Assembly (NCBI GenBank): GCA_030141605.1
Contig: JAQGDQ010000759.1
Span: 1-64,000, forward strand
Reading direction: 5' to 3'
Source of the DNA: Tubiluchus corallicola
Lineage: Eukaryota; Animalia; Priapulida
DNA length: 64,000 nt
In this document: piece after piece, positions 1-14,200 of the stretch
Layout of the letters: every line of letters begins with the position of its first letter
Position numbering within the stretch: position 1 is the stretch's first letter
Program-made: the position numbers and the translations under genes
The notes under the pieces: generated by a model
The model's database searches: none
The model's input: the letters and a program-made list of their open reading frames with translations, nothing else
Told to the model about the DNA's origin: nothing

Positions 1-96
1 CTAGCCTTGACTCAGGATTGGACCAAACTATGCACGAATTTGACGTCAGCAGGTGGTAAAAATTCATTTTTTAATTATTTTTATTATTTCACTGAC

Positions 97-129
97 CCGC
101 TGAGCTTTATTTTTAATTCGTTCTTCCAT
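97..129 (-). CDS. Possible first coding exon (MEERIKNKAQR) of a minus-strand gene running off the left edge
   Basis: ATG at 129 in atcATGg context, donor gtcagt at 96; promoter-like motifs at ~513-531. Confidence 0.25.
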
Positions 130-512
130 GATCAATTCCGAGGCTGATAAAACGTCAAAAAACACCGGGAAGATTCCTCAAGTAATTGAAATATTCCTGC
201 CAGACATCACAGACAACAGATGCGGAGCTTTTAAGCAAGAACTGGCCGAATGGGCTGTAATAACACACTAGAACAACATTTCAACGACATGCCTAGTTCT
301 GGTTGAAGAAGCATGATCAAGCATCCTGTACAAGCCATGGGTGGCTCGCCATTCAACAGAGTTTTCAATTAGGATTAAATCACTTACAGGCTTTTATTAA
401 TACAACACGGCTGGAGAGAAAAAGATGCGCTGTAAGCCTGTGTGAAAAAAACGTAAATGTGCAGAAATACACTGACCGCATCCCTGCGGTAGATGCAGTA
501 CTCACGCCAACC

Positions 513-531
513 GCGCATGCGCTAACGGAAG
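513..531. promoter_or_regulatory. NRF1-like palindrome (GCGCATGCGC) with adjacent ETS core (CGGAAG); candidate promoter
   Basis: Motif match in a locally CpG-containing segment. Confidence 0.35.
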
Positions 532-1309
532 ACACGATGAATTTTCATATACTACCCCATTTTCATATCCGATAAAAAGTATACATTTTAACACAATTAA
601 CACTGCAAAAGCGTTTCTGATAAGTAAATAATAGATTAAAATCTTAATTAACGGCGGGCGAGCCCAACTATTGTCGACATCACAAACTAACATTATTTTC
701 TACAGCGAAAACATTTCACGAGCGTGTTTACAAGTGTTTGCGAAAATGAAAATTGTTTTGCTGTAAGATATTCAGTGTCTAGTACTAAAACTAGGCAAGT
801 TTTAAGATAAGAATTCAAATTTCAAATTTACCGCTGTGCTCACGCATGAGCTGTTGAACGTGTGTACTTCGTAAGAAACTAACACTTCTGAATTAAGAGG
901 TACAGCACCTGTTTTTGTGCAATGGCTTTCCGAAATGCAGGCGCAAGTGCCGTCTAACTAGCGAATGGTGAAATGCATGTAAAAGTGAAGAACTAGTGGC
1001 ACGAAACGAGAAATTGTGTTTGTGTGGTAATAATTCTTTCATATGTAAGTCATTTTTGCAACAATAGTATGTTTCCTTTCAATGTTTTAAAGAGTAGATT
1101 GTTTTGACCTACAGTTTAACATTGGGTCCGGTTTTGCTTGAACTACAGTGGTCAACAGCCATTACAGGATACGGAAAGTTAGGCAACAAAGTTTAGCTGC
1201 CTACAAAATACTGCAGCACACTGTTATGATATTACAGTTCTGGATAAATCAGAGCGCGTTTATTTGAAATTAATAAGAGAATCAGATAGAATTTAGAATT
1301 TTCATAAAG

Positions 1310-1718
<409 letters not shown>

Positions 1719-1720
<2 letters not shown>

Positions 1721-3728
1721 GATGACGATGGTGGTAGTGTACTTAGGTGAGTGGGACGTCATCATGCACTAAATGCCATTGTGGGTGGAAATGATGACGA
1801 TGGTGGTAGTGTACTTAGGTGAGTGGGACGTCATCATGCACTAAATGCCATTGTGGGTGGAAATGATGACGATGGTGGTAGTGTACTTAGGTGAGTGGGA
1901 CGTCATCATGCACTAAATGCCATTGTGGGTGGAAATGATGACGATGCTGGTAGTGTACTTAGGTGAGTGGGACGTCATCAGGCACTAAATGCCATTGTGG
2001 GTGGAAATGATGACGATGGTGGTAGTGTACTTAGGTGAGTGGGACGTGATCAGGCACTAAATGCCATTGTGGGTGGAAATGATGACGAAGGTGGTAGTGT
2101 ACTTAGGTGAGTGGGACGTGATCAGGCACTAAATGCCATTGTGGGTGGAAATGATGACGATGGCGGTAGTGTACTTAGGTGAGTGGGACGTCATCATGCA
2201 CTAAATGCCATTGTGGGTGGAAATGATGACGATGGTGGTAGTGTACTTAGGTGAGTGGGACGTCATCATGCACTAAATGCCATTGTGTGTGGAAATGATG
2301 ACGATGGCGGTAGTGTGCTTAGGTGAGTGGGACGTCATCAGGCACTAAATGCCATTGTGGGTGGAAATGATGACGATGGCGGTAGTGTACTTAGGTGAGT
2401 GGGACGTCATCATGCACTAAATGCCATTGTGGGTGGGAATGGCGACGAGACAGCGACGATGACGATGGTGGTAGTGTACTTAGGTGAGTGGGACGTCATG
2501 CACTAAATGCCATTGTGGGTGGAAATGATGACGATGGTGGTAGTGTACTTAGGTGAGTGGGACGTCATGCACTAAATGCCATTGTGGGTGGAAATGATGA
2601 CGATGGTGGTAGTGTACTTAGGTGAGTGGGACGTCATCAGGCACTAAATGCCATTGTGGGTGGAAATGATGACGATGGCGGTAGTGTACTTAGGTGAGTG
2701 GGACGTCATCATGCACTAAATGCCATTGTGTGTGGAAATGATGACGATGGCGGTAGTGTACTTAGGTGAGTGGGACGTCATCAGGCACTAAATGCCATTG
2801 TGGGTGGAAATGATGACGATGGCGGTAGTGTACTTAGGTGAGTGGGACGTCATCAGGCACTAAATGCCATTGTGGGTGGAAATGATGACGATGGCGGTAG
2901 TGTACTTAGGTGAGTGGGACGTCATCAGGCACTAAATGCCATTGTGGGTGGAAATGATGACGATGGTGGTAGTGTACTTAGGTGAGTGGGACGTCATCAG
3001 GCACTAAATGCCATTGTGGGTGGAAATGATGACGATGGTGGTAGTGTACTTAGGTGAGTGGGACGTCATCAGGCACTAAATGCCATTGTGGGTGGAAATG
3101 ATGACGATGGCGGTAGTGTACTTAGGTGAGTGGGACGTCATCATGCACTAAATGCCATTGTGGGTGGGAATGGCGACGAGACAGCGACGATGACGATGGT
3201 GGTAGTGTACTTAGGTGAGTGGGACGTCATGCACTAAATGCCATTGTGGGTGAAAATGATGACGATGGTGGTAGTGTACTTAGGTGAGTGGGACGTCATT
3301 CACTAAATGCCATTGTGGGTGGAAATGATGACGATGGTGGTAGTGTACTTAGGTGAGTGGGACGTCATCAGGCACTAAATGCCATTGTGGGTGGAAATGA
3401 TGACGATGGCGGTAGTGTACTTAGGTGAGTGGGACGTCATCATGCACTAAATGCCATTGTGGGTGGAAATGATGACGATGGTGGTAGTGTACTTAGGTGA
3501 GTGGGACGTCATCAGGCACTAAATGCCATTGTGGGTGGAAATGATGACGATGGCGGTAGTGTACTTAGGTGAGTGGGACGTCATCAGGCACTAAATGCCA
3601 TTGTGGGTGGAAATGATGACGATGGCGGTAGTGTACTTAGGTGAGTGGGACGTCATCAGGCACTAAATGCCATTGTGGGTGGAAATGGCGACGAGACGGC
3701 GACGATGACAATGGTGGTGGTGTACTTA
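1719..3728 (+). repeat. 72-bp tandem satellite, ~27 units, with a higher-order ~730-bp duplication
   Basis: Unit gatgacgatggtggtagtgtacttaggtgagtgggacgtcatcatgcactaaatgccattgtgggtggaaat; a variant unit recurs at 2441, 3172 and 3688. Confidence 0.95.
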
Positions 3729-4082
3729 TTTAATCACCGGATAACAGCTAAACGAGCTAAACACCAGTTACATGTATTACACAACCGTTTCAATACTGCA
3801 TTCACATTTTTCATGCTTTACTCTAGGCTCCACAGCAGTAATAAATGTAAATATTACACATAAATATTAAGCCCATACGACTGAAATTAGTACATGCGAT
3901 GTGCTCATTCATATTACTGCTGTGGAGCCTACAGTAAAGCATGAAAAATGTGAATGCAGTAGTGAAACGGTTGTGTAATACATGTAAGTGGTGTTTAGCT
4001 CGTTTAGCTGTTATCCGGTGATTAAATAAGTACACCACCACCATCGTCATCGTCGCCGTCTCGTCGCCATTTCCAACCACAA
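3678..4082. mobile_element. Foldback/MITE-like inverted repeat (~165-bp arms, ~68-bp spacer)
   Basis: 3678-3843 is the near-perfect reverse complement of 3912-4082. Confidence 0.8.
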
Positions 4083-4466
4083 CATTCCATGATAAAACAG
4101 GCGCAGACGCTTTCACGATTCTGACAGAGAAGCGGCTGCAATTTGAGTTGAGGGATGTGTAAGTGAAACAGTAGACGTTCATACGGGCACACATCACTGG
4201 ACCCCATAGTCGGGCAGACATTCATACCCGGGATTTCGGTATTCATAATATTTACAAGTAAAATGTTATTTGTTGTTACTGTCGCCGGCGCAGACATAGT
4301 GCACATCCTGTTGTATTTTGGAATCCGAAACTTCCGAATCCAATCCGGAACGTGACCGATGATCTCTGGACCTGGCGGTTTTGTGCCGCGTCGCAGCTAA
4401 TTGCCTTGCTGAGTTCAAATATTCGCCGAACGTGAAATTATGCATTTTCTATGTAGTCGCAGGAGA

Positions 4467-4612
4467 GTGGTTACTGAGCAGGAAATGGTTACTGAACAGG
4501 AAATGGTTACTGAGCAGGAAATGGTTACTGAGCAGGAAATGGTTACTGAACAGGAAGTGGTTACTGAACAGGAAATGGTTACTGAGCAGGAAATGGTTAC
4601 TGAACAGGAAGT
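4467..4612 (+). repeat. 18-bp minisatellite (gttactgagcaggaaatg) x8
   Basis: Directly visible. Confidence 0.95.
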
Positions 4613-4920
4613 TTTTCGGAAGTGTTGTCGTGAAGCTCACGATTTCTTGATTTTATTTTTTATTTACTATGTCATGTTATCACATGTTAAAACATTAAAA
4701 ATTCCACACAAGAAATTTCAGCTATAAAATAAGTCTATTTCTTTATATACAGTCTGCATAACATTTACCTTCATTGGCTTTCTTGCTTCATGGAAAAACT
4801 TACCTGGTCAGTTGGCTGTCGGAGATTGATTAAGCATGTGTTGTTAATGATTTATAAATAAAGTCACCTGTATTCTACCTATGCTGATGTCTTAGCAATT
4901 TACCTTCAGAAATTCTTCAT

Positions 4921-5432
4921 AAGTGGTGCTGACAAGCCACTGACGTAGCAGTGCCTAGTTTTTTTGCTGGATTACTGCTGCGTTTACCTGTCTGAAGGCA
5001 GATTTCTTTTATTTTAGAATTCTGCCTGCCCAATGTGTACAATGGACGTGACGGGCGTATGATGATGATGATGATGATGACAATGAATTGTTGAAGATTG
5101 TAAAACGGAAGTGGTGCTGACAAGCCACTGACGTAGCAGTGTCTAGTTTTTTGCTGGATTACTGCTGCGTTTACCTGTCTGAAGGCAGATTTCTTTTATT
5201 TTAGAATTCTGCCTGCCCAATGTGTACAATGGACGTGACGGGCGTATGATGATGATGATGATGATAGTAAACTAATGGCGGAAGTGGTGCTGAGAAGCCA
5301 CTGACGTAGCAGTGTCTAGTTTTTTTGCTGGATTACTGCTGCGTTTACCTGTCTAAAGGCAGATTTCTTTTATTTTAGAATTCTGCCTGTCCAATATGTA
5401 CAATGGACGTGACGGGCGTATGATGATGATGA
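4921..5432 (+). mobile_element. Three tandem copies of a ~150-bp retroposon with (ATG)n tail (RTE-like 3' end)
   Basis: ggaagtggtgctgacaagcc...caatggacgtgacgggcgtatgatgatg; further copies at 18936 and 19245. Confidence 0.7.
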
Positions 5433-5516
5433 TGGTTACTGAACACTTTTTCAAGTTTGCTGGAGGTATGACACACCAACGGATTTTAATTTGAAAACAT
5501 TAATGTGTGACATTAG

Positions 5517-5973
5517 CCCTTTCAGTCCCATATTATTTTTTTTATAAGAATTTTTTTTTGGCTTGGCACTTTTGTTCAGTATGTCCATCTTGTTTACACA
5601 TAATAATTATTTTTTCTACCTGTGCCCGCATGCTAAATATAGCCTGTTTCCCACGGAATACGTTGGGATTCAATGGAAGCATAAAATGTGCTTCATTTTG
5701 CAACTGCTGATAATTTTTTAAAGTATTTAAGACATTTAGTGTGCATGCTATGCTGATCTGTACAAAGTCCTTTCTAAAGTACTGTACCTTACACAGTTTT
5801 TATGCTATGTAGATTTTCTAGTTTGCCATTTTATCACCATTTTTAGTCTATTGTTATTGGCTTAAATCAAAATAACTATTAACAGACCAAATAACTGTCA
5901 GTTTTAAAATTATATTTATTTTAAAGACAGAAAATATTCTTGTATCCCACGGGATACAACGGGTATGAAAGGG
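5517..5973. mobile_element. piggyBac-like MITE
   Basis: CCCTTTCA...TGAAAGGG termini, flanked by ttag/ttaa. Confidence 0.55.
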
Positions 5974-6842
5974 TTAATATGAATTTAGGAACCACTACGA
6001 TTTCTGGAACTTTTGGAAAAAACTTCTTTAAACTTTACGTTTACAATATTATTGTGAATTGACTGACTTGTAGTGACTTCACCAGTGTTTTTGTATTTGA
6101 CGCAGCAACGAACTTTTGTATTGTAACTATTTTTGGAAGCTATGTACCATTTATCATTGCAAACTCGGTAAAACTAACAACAGGGCAGTTGCAATAGAGA
6201 GTCACGGATGAGGAACATTGCCCCTGTGCTGCCGGTATGAGAGGTTATCAGTTTCGACCCTGGAACTCAGCGTGTAGCCCCGTTGAAATCATTACTGGAA
6301 GTCATCCGAACGTAGCGTCTTGAAGTTAATCATTTTAACTACCCACTCCATTACCCGAAAAAACCGAGAGAAATTGGAAGCACGTGATTGCTGTGAGCTG
6401 TTCACAGGTTCCGCAGCCGGCTATTGCAAGCGTTTCTCTTCCTAAATAACGCATAATGGTCACCCTTTTTGTGAGCTTACTTAGTAAGAGGTTCCCCATT
6501 ATAGTTTAAAAGCGGCGGCGAGTCGCCCGAAGACTACATGGGGTTTTGGCGGGGGCAAGCCTCTTTTATGTCTGCTAAGAAAAGCTGTTGAGTATAATGG
6601 AGTGATTGTGTGTGAGTCGTGGTATTTCCTCCAGAGATGTGTTTACTAGCTGTACTGCCTGGTCTTCGAGTTTATAAAAAACCCATTAGGAACAGAAACT
6701 GTATTTAAATTGCGGGTTTTTTCACATATTCAGAATTGTTCAGGTTATCTGCGCCTGGCATTATTGATCATTGGTTCGAACATGCTGGCATTGTTGTTGC
6801 ACACTGTGACGTCATACGCAACAATCGCAGTGGATACGATGC

Positions 6843-7590
6843 ACGGTAAAAATGGTACAAGAAAAATGGCAGGAATAAAAAAGTGAGTAAAAATGGCAGA
6901 AATGAAAAAGCGGGTAAAAATGGCACCAGAAAAATGGTAGAAATGAAAAAGTAAGTAAAAGTGGCACAGGAAAAATGGCAGAATTGGAAAAGCGGGTAAA
7001 AATGGCAGAATTGGAAAAGTGGGTAAAAATGGCACAGGAAAAATGGTAGAAATGAAAAAGTAAGTAAAAGTGGCACAGGAAAAATGGTAGAAATGAAAAA
7101 GTAGTAAAAATGGTACAAGAAAAATGGCAGAAATGAAAAAGCGGGTAAAAATGGCACAGGAAAAATGGTAGAAATGAAAAAGTAAGTAAAAGTGGCACAG
7201 GGAATATGGCAGAAATGGAAAAGTTGGTAAAAATGGCACAGGAAAAATGGCAGAATTGGAAAAGTGGGTAAAAATGGCACCAGAAAAATGGTAGAAATGA
7301 AAAAGTAAGTAAAAGTGGCACAGGAAAAATGGCAGAATTGGAAAAGCGGGTAAAAATGGCACAGGAAAAATGGCAGAATTGGAAAAGCGGGTAAAAATGG
7401 CACAGGAAAAATGGTAGAAATGAAAAAGTAAGTAAAAGTGGCACAGTGAATATGGCAGAAATGGAAAAGTTGGTAAAAATGGTAGATGGCACAAATGGAA
7501 AAGCAAGTAACCCACAGTAACCCTAAACTCACATATTACTAAGTATGCCATTTTTTCCAGTGACATTTTTCCCTGTGCCATTTTTATCAA
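6843..7590 (+). repeat. Minisatellite of AAAAATGGCA-type 10-20-bp motifs (transposon subterminal-type); related copy at 51720-51845
   Basis: Directly visible; motifs invert (tgccattttt) at 7545-7585. Confidence 0.85.
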
Positions 7591-9516
7591 TATTTGCTCG
7601 ATGCGAACAGTGCAGCAGCTGTCTTGTATAGTTGACAATTATTTTTCAATTTTAAACTTTCATTGCTTAGATTTGAACGTTAGTATCTAATAAACCAAGG
7701 ACATCTGTGTTTAGCTTGAGTGCAATTTATAAACTGAACGAAGTTTAATTTAATTAAAGTAAATCTTGGGGGTGGAATCTTGGTATAAATGAAACTCGTG
7801 AGAACGAAAATAACCACTCAAAAACTGATACCAAATACTGTAAATAGAAACTCGTACTACAATTTCCATCAAAGGTTTATTCGTCTGTACATTAACTTCC
7901 GATATGAATAATTTCTTTTTGGCGGTTAAGTTGAATACGACAAAGGTATGATTAATCGTGTTGTTACCAGGTGTTCGTAACAATTAACAATTGATTGAAT
8001 AAACTGCCTACTCACCTGTGAAGCTTTGAGTGAGGAATTGTTAGTTTGACGCAGATGTAATTTGTAAATAATAAGTTTACTTTGAGCACTGGAATGCACA
8101 GTTGCAGATGTGCTCTGATATTTAATCATTTCTATTCAATTTGTTAGCGACTTCGTTAAAAAAAGCTAAAATTTTCACAAAACGTCAACTAAGCTTTTCC
8201 GTTTTTGCACGAAGAATCTCCGTTGCTTAGCGCAGAAATAGGTAGAGGTAGGAATTTCTTAGTAAAATAGAACATGTGATATACTCTGTGATAATATGGA
8301 ACATACTACTCGGTACTTAGTAGATGGAAATGTAGATCGAACATTTCACGCACGCACGCATGCGCATGCCTTCCCACGCTCTCACACGTGCACACACCCA
8401 CACGAACGTATCACGTCCCATGCCGCTTCTCACATGATTTGTGAAACGACTCAGTGGCTTTTAATTAGTTTTATAACTCCTAATTACTGCACTAAGCCTC
8501 TTGTTTATTGCACCGACTAATTCCCAGATCGGAATCACCTTGTTGTTCTCGTCCACATTCACTTGTATCATGTCATGTTAGTTATGAACTATTCTATGTG
8601 AACCTCATTCTGCGGGTTCCGTATTTTGTAGGCTGGTAACTGTCAGTGAATATGCTATACGAACATAGGGTATTAAATTCATTTCAGCTTTTAAATATTT
8701 AAATTTTCTTTTCCTGTGAAACGTTTCAGCCAGTGATAGAGCCTACTTAATGTAGGATTGTTTCTGTTTTTCGTGAACAAAGTATATTGCTGGGGTGAGA
8801 TGTTGTATGCTAGACCACATCGCCCAGAAGCAGTTTTTTGTGATCACACCCAATTCCTGGACAGTTTTAGTACTGCTTAACTTTGGCTATATACATATCG
8901 CTAGAAGCTTGCACTATGAATTCGATTAGAAGCATTACTGTAAAATCATGGATTGCTGCATTCGTAATTTTTGCCTGTTACATATGAGATCATCACTTCA
9001 GACTAGTTCTGCGGACACTAACCAAATTAACAGGCTCAGTCTCTCTCTTTCTCTATGCATATAGTTCCTTCATTAGCCTGAATAAATACGCCTATAATCG
9101 TCTGGCTGCTACGAATAATATTATGGTAATGTTCAGCAACTGCCTTGCTATCTGATAATCATTGTTCCTCGAGTGCTCACTGTCTCCAGAAAGTACCCCA
9201 CTTAAGCTATCTACGAGTGCCTCTGGGATAAAGAAAGATGATTATAGAAGTGATTGTGCGCATGCGTCGACTGAATGCCAATGTTTACCGCAACTAATGT
9301 GATATGTGATCGAAGTAATTGAGTTCCCGGGGTCGCGGTGGTCCCACTCCCCCCGTCTTCTTGGCTATTCTGTGCTAATTTTATGGAAATTAAGCACGGC
9401 TGTCCGACATTTTAGGACTTTATTGACTGTTGCGAGAATTTTATAAGAGACGGGCTTAACAGAGAAGGTTACCAAATAAACTCTGAATACTACGCTATGT
9501 AAAAAAAATGCATAAA

Positions 9517-9959
9517 AAGGGTTCCCGCGGTCAGGGAAAATCCTTGAAAATACAGGCTATCTTGAAAAGTCAGAGGAAAAGAGAATTTCGGGGAAAAGAT
9601 AAAAAGTCACGGAAAATGATGAAAATGGGGCGAAAAGTCAGGGAAATTAGAAAGGGTTGCAAAAATAATCACCGTGAACCGATATTTTTCCAAACGTATT
9701 TTTCTGCCATTCGTGTTCAAATAAAATTTTTGCTATGGCAGGTTCTCAGTTTCGATTTCTGTTCCAAAATCAAAAAAAGATTAGCCGACACACATTGTAT
9801 ATATCCGTATAATTATGAATGTCCATACGCAAAAATGTATGTATATGTATACTGGTAATGCAATTTCTGCTTATCTTGGTCATGAAAAATCAATATTTGG
9901 TCAGGGAAAGTCGTGGAAAATTGACGGGAAATGTATTTTCAAATTCTGTGAGAACCCTG
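9517..9959. mobile_element. hAT-like MITE (AGGGTTCCC...GAGAACCCTG, internal GTCAGGGAAA motifs)
   Basis: Imperfect TIR; TSD not clear. Confidence 0.5.
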
Positions 9960-11120
9960 ATCTGCAACAGAGTTTATTAAAAAGCACTGGTCGATTTTGG
10001 TTTTTGAAATCCTAATGGTTGCAACTGTTTGTGGTTTGCTACGTTGCAGAGCTAATTTTTCAATATTTATGTTCAAAAGTAAACTTGGAAATGCAACTAG
10101 TGAACGTAATGTTATGAATATCTCATGTCACACTCGAGCGAAATATAAAGTCAAAAAATACAAAAAAAATACAAAATAAAAAAACAGAAACGCCACTCAG
10201 CCAATGTGTACTTCTATTTCGTCAATTGACATTATAATTTGCGACATTCCTTCCGGGCGCATTTTCATTTTATTTACGTACAAATGAAAGTGGCTGCACA
10301 TTATTGCATATGGACAGCAGATGCTTCATATGTTAGTCAAGTCTAAAATTGCGCTTCTTGTGAAAAAGAGGCGTTATTTGCATAACACGAAGTATGAAAT
10401 CAAATATTCTCCGGGCTACAGTCTATGTCTTACAAGCAGCCCTTAATTTTTTACTGTAAAATTTCCTAACCGTCGTTACAGTGAGATTTTATGACATGAA
10501 TGTGATTGATGGTGAGCTTACTTGTACTGAGAAATGTGAAGCACACGTGTTTGTCTACGTACTGCTTCAGTGTTAGCTTGCGTGACAAAAGCGTGCAAAT
10601 TCATGATTTTGTCTGTCTCAATCAATTTCAATATCGCAGTATTGGGTTCAGCGCATCACTGCCTCAACGTGCCGCGAATGTGTCCGTGCACGGCAAAACA
10701 AAATTTGTGTAACATTGTAAAATATACGTAATCCACACGTTGCAATTTCACAATTTTTTACATCGTCAAATAGCGTCTGTTAATTTCATTTGCGGAAATA
10801 AACGAGGCAGAAGTATTTCGAATTGTGTCACAACTGTCTGAACGCTGTTTTGTGAACATTTGCTTTACTTTTCAAACATTCATTGACGGGTAATGGAAAT
10901 CAGCTAGGCGATTAGGGGGTGTTTGCATTCTACTATCAAATCTAAATAGTAGCACAATGCCATAAGTTAGCACGTCTTGGCTAACTGTAGGTCATTCAAT
11001 TGTGTATGTTTGTTGCAGTAAATATTTACCCTTGTTGGTCACGTGATCTCGTCTGACAAATGGCCGTATAGTTTATTTCTTTTGCAGATCTCGTGATGTA
11101 ATGTTTGGTGGTTACGAAAG

Positions 11121-11205
11121 ATGAGGATGGGGAATACGGGAGGTTGCGCACAAGTCGTTTGCTGTTGGCTGGCCTGTTTGATTTTACTACTTCCGGCCTT
11201 GCTAG
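11121..11205 (+). CDS. ihog: Ihog-like exon 1 (coding): signal peptide MRMGNTGGCAQVVCCWLACLILLLPALL
   Basis: Acceptor ttttgcag ends at 11087, ATG at 11121, hydrophobic core, phase-1 donor G|gtatg at 11206. The frame differs from the ORF-track entry. Confidence 0.75.
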
Positions 11206-14200
11206 GTATGTATCAACAATTATCAGGATTTTGTTTATTTGTGTTTTGCAATTTGCCCTGCGGATTCGATTAAAGCCCGCTGCGCAGAGTGGGCTAATTA
11301 TGAATTCTTGGAACTCGAGGGATGCGTGGGTTCATGTAGAGGAGGAAACAATACTCTTCATCAATTCAATTTATTGTGCAAAAATGCAGTCAACATTACA
11401 TACATTGGCAAGTAGGAATGAGATTTGTTAATCCGCAAAAAAATAGCAGATCTATTACTAGATTTAAAAAAATGATAAAAAATCAAATTTCAAGTAAGTA
11501 TCAGTGAGTAATCAAAATTTCTATCAGTATCCATCCTCACATTTGTAGCAAAACAATGATGGTGTCTTAATCAAGTTATCTTAATTTTACATACGTAATA
11601 GAAACTATCTATCTATCTTTAATATCTTCTCATATATGAGCTTCATTCATTACATCATTGCATTTTAAGCACTAATGTTTTTTTATCACACGATTCACTT
11701 TAAATTTTCAGATTATTTTCATTACTTTTTTTCTTCCACTGTGTGGGACAATCTAACAAGCCCTGCTTTTTGATTGCCCGCAACACATTTACCTTCGTAT
11801 ACAGGTGAACAGTGTGTGAGGCTTTTCCTGTGCAGTATTTCTTGTTTGTACTATGTTCATGATACAATATCCCTTTCGCCAGATATTGTACATGAAACTA
11901 TTGTAAATGTGTAATGTGAAATAAATGACTTATGACTTAAGTACAAAAAGAGAATCATATACCCGCAGAACTACAGATTGCTATCAGATATTTAAAAAAA
12001 CTGACGTACTGCTACTTAGTTATACTAGCTATTATGAGATACACTTCGACTATTGCAATTATATTATTAATCAAACTGATTGAGATTTTGGGTGACCAAT
12101 GATACTTGCTAGTAGTAATATATACTATTCTATAGATTGCAAAGCTTTATATTAATTAGTGTAATTATGACTATTATTAACGGGGATACACATTGACTAG
12201 TTTAATATACAGCATTAAAATTAACGGAGAGTTTGCTTTTACGATCACTTGCCAGACAAGGTGAGCTTTACGTTGTATATGTAGTTTCAGTAATTTTTGC
12301 CATTATTTGATTTTTAGTAGCCAAGTTCAAATTCATGTCAAACTAATACCTTTAACAAGTTTCGCCTTGCTAAAAAAGAAATTTCAAACGGTTTATAAAA
12401 ATTTGAAACGACTTTTTGTCTAAATTAAATAATTAACATTAATTGTGGGTGTACAAAATTACTTTAGGTCGGTTCAGTGTTGTGAAATTATGCTTTAAAT
12501 AATACTAAGACCAGGATGGTAAAGTTCCAGCATTTACTTCACAATGCACAGATATATGCAGTAACTAAATTGAAAGCAGAGCTCTTCAGTGTCTACTTCT
12601 GCAATTATATCAAAATATTAGGTAAAAGCACGAAACTAAAATTGTTGCTGAAAGCAGCCATGTTTGTTACTGAATAAAATTAGTACTAGATTCAATAACA
12701 GAGCAGAGACAAATTAGTAGCACATTCTTTTTTCTACGTAGAATTGGATCTTTAAAATTTATGGTTATTGCTTCCAAAATTACAAGATGAAAATCTGATC
12801 TGCACTTGTATATAATTTTGAAATTTGAATCATTGCAATTATCTGCGCATGACTGATTGTTGTGTAGATTCTGGGCTATGGTAGATGTGGTTAGTTTGCA
12901 GCTGAATTACTTTTGCTTTGTCTGCCTGGTAGAGGTGAGCTTCCGACGTTTGAATTCGATTCGAACGAGTTTTTTTAGGTCGAATTCGATTCGAACCTGA
13001 AATTATTGATTCGAATAGTTCAGCACTTCAGCCACATACGTTCTTTATCATTAAAATATTTGAAACAGCATGCAATTAGCACAATTTAGCTACAGTTTCT
13101 GCGCAAAATTTTTAGCAAGCTAATAGTGGTTTTACTGCAGAATAAAATCAAGTAATCAACTTTACCAACATCATGATCTTAGTATTATTTAAAACATTAT
13201 TGAAATTCTGCACTACCAAGAACCTGTTGTGAAATTCCACGAGTATGGCTTTTGAAAATTTTATCATTGCCTCATGATAAGTCAAACTCTGACTAATTAA
13301 ATTAGTAAAATTACCGCGTGTGTGCTGCACGGGCTCGTTTCACTGCTAGAATAAATGCGTGCTGCAACCCTAAAATTTACGAGCAAAAATGACGCATGCT
13401 GTGTCGTCTGATTGGTCGTTGATGTCGTATAATGGAGACAGTGTGCTCAGGATAAGTCTACTGGCTCTACTCTGCTAATGAACCATGAGAAATTTTGTGA
13501 TGTTCGTGACATTAATAAACCCGCCCGCAATGATTTACTATGCCGCGCAGGTACAGTAATAATGCCCCAGTCGCTCGTTTGATGAGTCATCTCGAGCATG
13601 TTTTTTGCCAATTAGGCACTCGTTACCTAACGATTACTCTTCGATCTATCATGATTCCGGCATCAAATGCGGGTTATTAATTTCTTTGTTCGCTCTTCTA
13701 ATATTCCCGCCTGATCTTTGCTGATCGTAAAGTCAGTTAGTGTGATAATTACTTGTGCTGTGTTGCAGTTTCTGGCTTCAGGGAATTTTATGTGTGACCT
13801 TGTGCCACTGCCTGGCGATGTTATGAAACACGTACGCCATGGCATTGGGTCTCTTTTTATCACTGGACAAAACGCACCAGTAGACAGTAGAATAATATCC
13901 TTGTCGCTAGATATTTTCTGTTGCGGTACAGTTTAATGTTGCTGGCGCCATCTACGGCGCTTTCCGATAATTAAACTTTCAACTCTCAAGCAGGTAAAAA
14001 TGGATTTCAAATTTGTTTACCTAGGCGTGTCTTAACTTACTAATCACCGTATTTAGGTTTTATATCGTTTCGTGTAGCCTGATAGTAACGTTTTCAGAGA
14101 CTGTCAAGTTCAGGCGCAGCTAAAAATAGCTCTGACATCAGTCACATCAGCCTATCATTGTTGGATGCAATTAGCACAAAGAGCAATTCCTACCATTTAC

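Noticed and set aside
6745-7638. 226-297 aa Phe/Pro-rich ORFs in three minus frames
   Set aside because: Artefact of a stop-free minisatellite, open in all frames.
11105-11431. 108-aa ORF from the ORF track
   Set aside because: Wrong frame; the signal-peptide frame starts at ATG 11121 and ends at the 11206 donor.
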